A DNA stretch of 61,542 nucleotides, counting the filler, from a bacterium (GTDB lineage: Bacteria; UBA9089; CG2-30-40-21; SBAY01): the NCBI GenBank assembly GCA_040757115.1. It is 5 parts of 5 records of this genome, joined end to end, with 100 filler letters (N's around TTAATTAATTAA, not from the genome) between each part and the next. Parts side by side here need not be neighbours in the genome. Positions count along the whole stretch, not along the records: positions 49,972 to 61,542 come from JBFLYA010000120.1; 4 more parts are not named here. One strand, 5' to 3'. The translations under genes were made by a program, and so were the position numbers. Numbering within the stretch: the stretch's first letter is position 1; the number at the start of each line of letters is the position of its first letter. This document shows, in pieces, positions 59,441 through 61,542 of the stretch. Under the pieces are notes generated by a model. The model saw nothing but the letters and a program-made list of their open reading frames with translations. It was not told where the DNA came from and did no database searches.

Positions 59441-60238
59441 ATGCCATTATATGCCACTAAAGGGATAGTCTTGCGAAATCAAGACTTAGGTGAAGCGGAT
59501 AAAATAATTACCTTGTTCACTGAAAAATTTGGGAAATTAAAGGGAGTGGCTAAAGGTGTCCGCAAAACAACCAGTAAATTTGGGAGTAGTGTTGAGATTT
59601 TTACCTGCGCTGATTACCTGCTTTATGGAAAAGAAGGTAAAGACCTTGATATTATTACCCAGGCACAGATTATTCAATCATTTAAGGAAATCCGCGAGGA
59701 TTTGAGTAAAATTACAACTGGCTCTTTTATTATTGAGTTGGTAGATACATTAGTGGCAGGCAGAGAAAAAGACCCATTATTATTTTCCCTTATCTTACAA
59801 ACACTTACCTGGCTAAAAGACGAACAAAATGAGATGATAATACCTGCTTTTACCTTAAAAATAATGACCCTTGCAGGATTAAAACCACACTTTGGCGAAA
59901 CTTGCGTTTTATGCCATAACTTAATTAATAATGATAAATTACAATTCAGCTCAAGTCAAGGAGGGGTAATTTGTTCTGGACATCAGATTAAAGATGGGAT
60001 AATGCTAACAGGTAGTCTTAACAGTCTAATAAATCAATTACTTAAATTGGATATTTCCCGTCTAAAAAAGATTCAAGTGGCTAAAAATTTATTATCCACA
60101 ATCACAGAGTTAATGTTTGATTATCTTAACTATCATCTTCACAAACCACTCAAGTCTATGAATACAATGAAATTAGGTAACCGTTCAGGTAGTCCTTTAC
60201 CGCAGAGACGCAGAGGAACAGAGAAGATATGGAAATAA
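59441..60238 (+). CDS. recO: DNA repair protein RecO (last about 20 aa come from an inserted element)
   Basis: GEADKI..LFT..GK...AKG, Zn-finger CxxC...GG.IC. Confidence 0.92.
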   Translation: MPLYATKGIVLRNQDLGEADKIITLFTEKFGKLKGVAKGVRKTTSKFGSSVEIFTCADYLLYGKEGKDLDIITQAQIIQSFKEIREDLSKITTGSFIIELVDTLVAGREKDPLLFSLILQTLTWLKDEQNEMIIPAFTLKIMTLAGLKPHFGETCVLCHNLINNDKLQFSSSQGGVICSGHQIKDGIMLTGSLNSLINQLLKLDISRLKKIQVAKNLLSTITELMFDYLNYHLHKPLKSMNTMKLGNRSGSPLPQRRRGTEKIWK

Positions 60239-60648
60239 ATTAGATAACAGAAAAGATTATTGGTGCAGCCATTGAAATACATAAAACATTGGGAGCAGGT
60301 TTGTTGGAATCTGCCTATGAAGAATGTTTATGTTATGAGTTATCAATATTAGGGTTACATTTTAAAAGGCAGGTTGAATTACCTGTAAGATACAAAGGAG
60401 TTAGATTAGATTGTGGCTATCGGTTAGATCTTTTTGTTGAAGAAGAAGTTGTTGTAGAATTAAAAACTGTGGAGCAATTACTTCCAATTCATGAGGCATA
60501 GCTTTTAACCTACTTAAAAATGATAAATAAAAGGGTAGGTTTGTTGATCAATTTTAATGTTCCTGTCCTCAGGGATGGGATTAAGCGTATCGTCCATAAA
60601 TTTTAATTTTCTTCTCTGCGTCTCTGTGTCTCTGCGGTGAACGGTTAC
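60177..60648 (+). mobile_element. IS66-type ends enclosing an inverted-repeat-flanked GxxExxY gene
   Basis: GTAACCGTTCA...TGAACGGTTAC; inner arms ACCGCAGAGACGCAGAG / CTCTGTGTCTCTGCGGT. Confidence 0.85.
60229..60606 (+). pseudogene. GxxExxY PD-(D/E)XK family protein with two in-frame TAG stops
   Basis: GLLESAYE...RLDL...VELK...HEA*LLTYL...GLLINF; stops at 60241 and 60499. Confidence 0.88.
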
Positions 60649-60681
60649 AGAAATCGGATAAAATTGACCAGTGATTTTATT

Positions 60682-61542
60682 TTACCTGATTATCCCTAAT
60701 TTCCCTCTCTTCATATTGCCAATCCTATCTGTCAGGATATAAATGTATATTCCAGAGGCAACTCTTTCATTAGCAGAATTCCGACAGGTCCAGGTTATCT
60801 TACCTGCGCTATTAGATTCTCTTTCTTCTTCATAAACCAACTCACCAACAATGTTGAATATTCTTATTTTTATCAGTCTATTTTGAGGCAAATTAGCAAA
60901 GGTTATTTCACCTTTCTTTGTCGGATTAGGATAACAATAGACAGATTGGAAATCGGTTATTTGAATTTGAGGTGTGGGTGGAGGTAATTTAATCTCTGTA
61001 TTTTGTTGTTGCTCTGTTTTTACTATTGGTCCAACCATCTCTAAAGTCGCAGGTCCGACCGCAGAAACTCCATCTGTCCAGTCTACCATAATTAACTCAT
61101 CTTCCCCTAAATCACCAAATATATCAACTTGTGAAGGGGAAAATTCCCCGACCAAACTCGGGTCTCCAATTGCTTCTAAAGTAGCCGTTTTTGCAGATGG
61201 TGACTCACTCCCTATCTCTAAAGGATTAAGATTGATTCCAGGTTTCTCTTTTGCCTCTATCAAATAAGTGTAAGTGCCTGACTCTGTAAAACTAATGTTA
61301 GCATAATAATCTCCATCGGCTAAATTTCCACTCGTCGGAACAAACCCCATTGGAAAGGGACTACCAAAAACTCTTTTCCCATCTTTATATATCCACAGGT
61401 GAACATATTTTGGCAGATTCCCATCCGCATCATAATATCGAACTTTATAAGTAAATAAAGTTACATTTACTGTGCCATAATCAGGGTCAACTGCATCAGA
61501 TGTAAATCCCGACTCACCTGTCCAGGTAAGTATTGGAGCATT
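60682..61542 (-). CDS. 3' part of a large secreted protein with a T9SS/FlgD-like C-terminal domain (runs off the window)
   Basis: YPNP...I.IFN..GELV...W...N..VASGIY...GK..IIR; frame is open to the window edge. Confidence 0.8.
   Translation of the reverse strand, partial: NAPILTWTGESGFTSDAVDPDYGTVNVTLFTYKVRYYDADGNLPKYVHLWIYKDGKRVFGSPFPMGFVPTSGNLADGDYYANISFTESGTYTYLIEAKEKPGINLNPLEIGSESPSAKTATLEAIGDPSLVGEFSPSQVDIFGDLGEDELIMVDWTDGVSAVGPATLEMVGPIVKTEQQQNTEIKLPPPTPQIQITDFQSVYCYPNPTKKGEITFANLPQNRLIKIRIFNIVGELVYEEERESNSAGKITWTCRNSANERVASGIYIYILTDRIGNMKRGKLGIIR

Noticed and set aside
60229-60606. TAG recoding in the GxxExxY gene
   Set aside because: serA and the DUF362 gene end normally in TAG; point mutations in a decaying element are simpler.
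1-61542. tRNA or rRNA genes and riboswitches
   Set aside because: None recognised by eye; tRNAscan-SE and Rfam cmscan would be needed to exclude them.

Overview
AT-rich bacterial DNA, probably a metagenome-assembled diderm anaerobe (beta-barrel, T9SS/FlgD-type C-terminal domain, Flp pilus, FeoAB). The window is five contigs joined by artificial 100-bp N/TTAATTAATTAA linkers (12516, 25018, 37509, 49872), so adjacency across linkers is meaningless. It holds two near-identical integron platforms (intI, Pc, attI at about 410-916 and 31455-32726). Both integrases are broken by insertions. There are 19 complete and 2 truncated attC sites in three arrays. The cassettes carry toxin-antitoxin genes, a nuclease, aspartyl proteases, a GNAT and a large GH13 enzyme, and many are ORF-less. 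Housekeeping genes include uvrC, nadB, serA, aspC, moxR, fur-feoAB, purB, corA and recO, separated by dense nested MITEs and hairpin elements. The most unusual signals: (1) a second, non-attC array system of 51-56 bp structured repeats (ATTTTCAGGAGAAA..CATG-variable hairpin-CACAAA..GATGAAAAT) separating 71-144 bp hairpin cargos that recur between arrays on three contigs; (2) an 80-bp leader plus attC module apparently grafted onto unrelated cassettes; (3) empty cassettes that look like collapsed GxxExxY elements; (4) a group II intron-like RNA end inside intI. All product calls are from motif recognition by eye; no searches were run.
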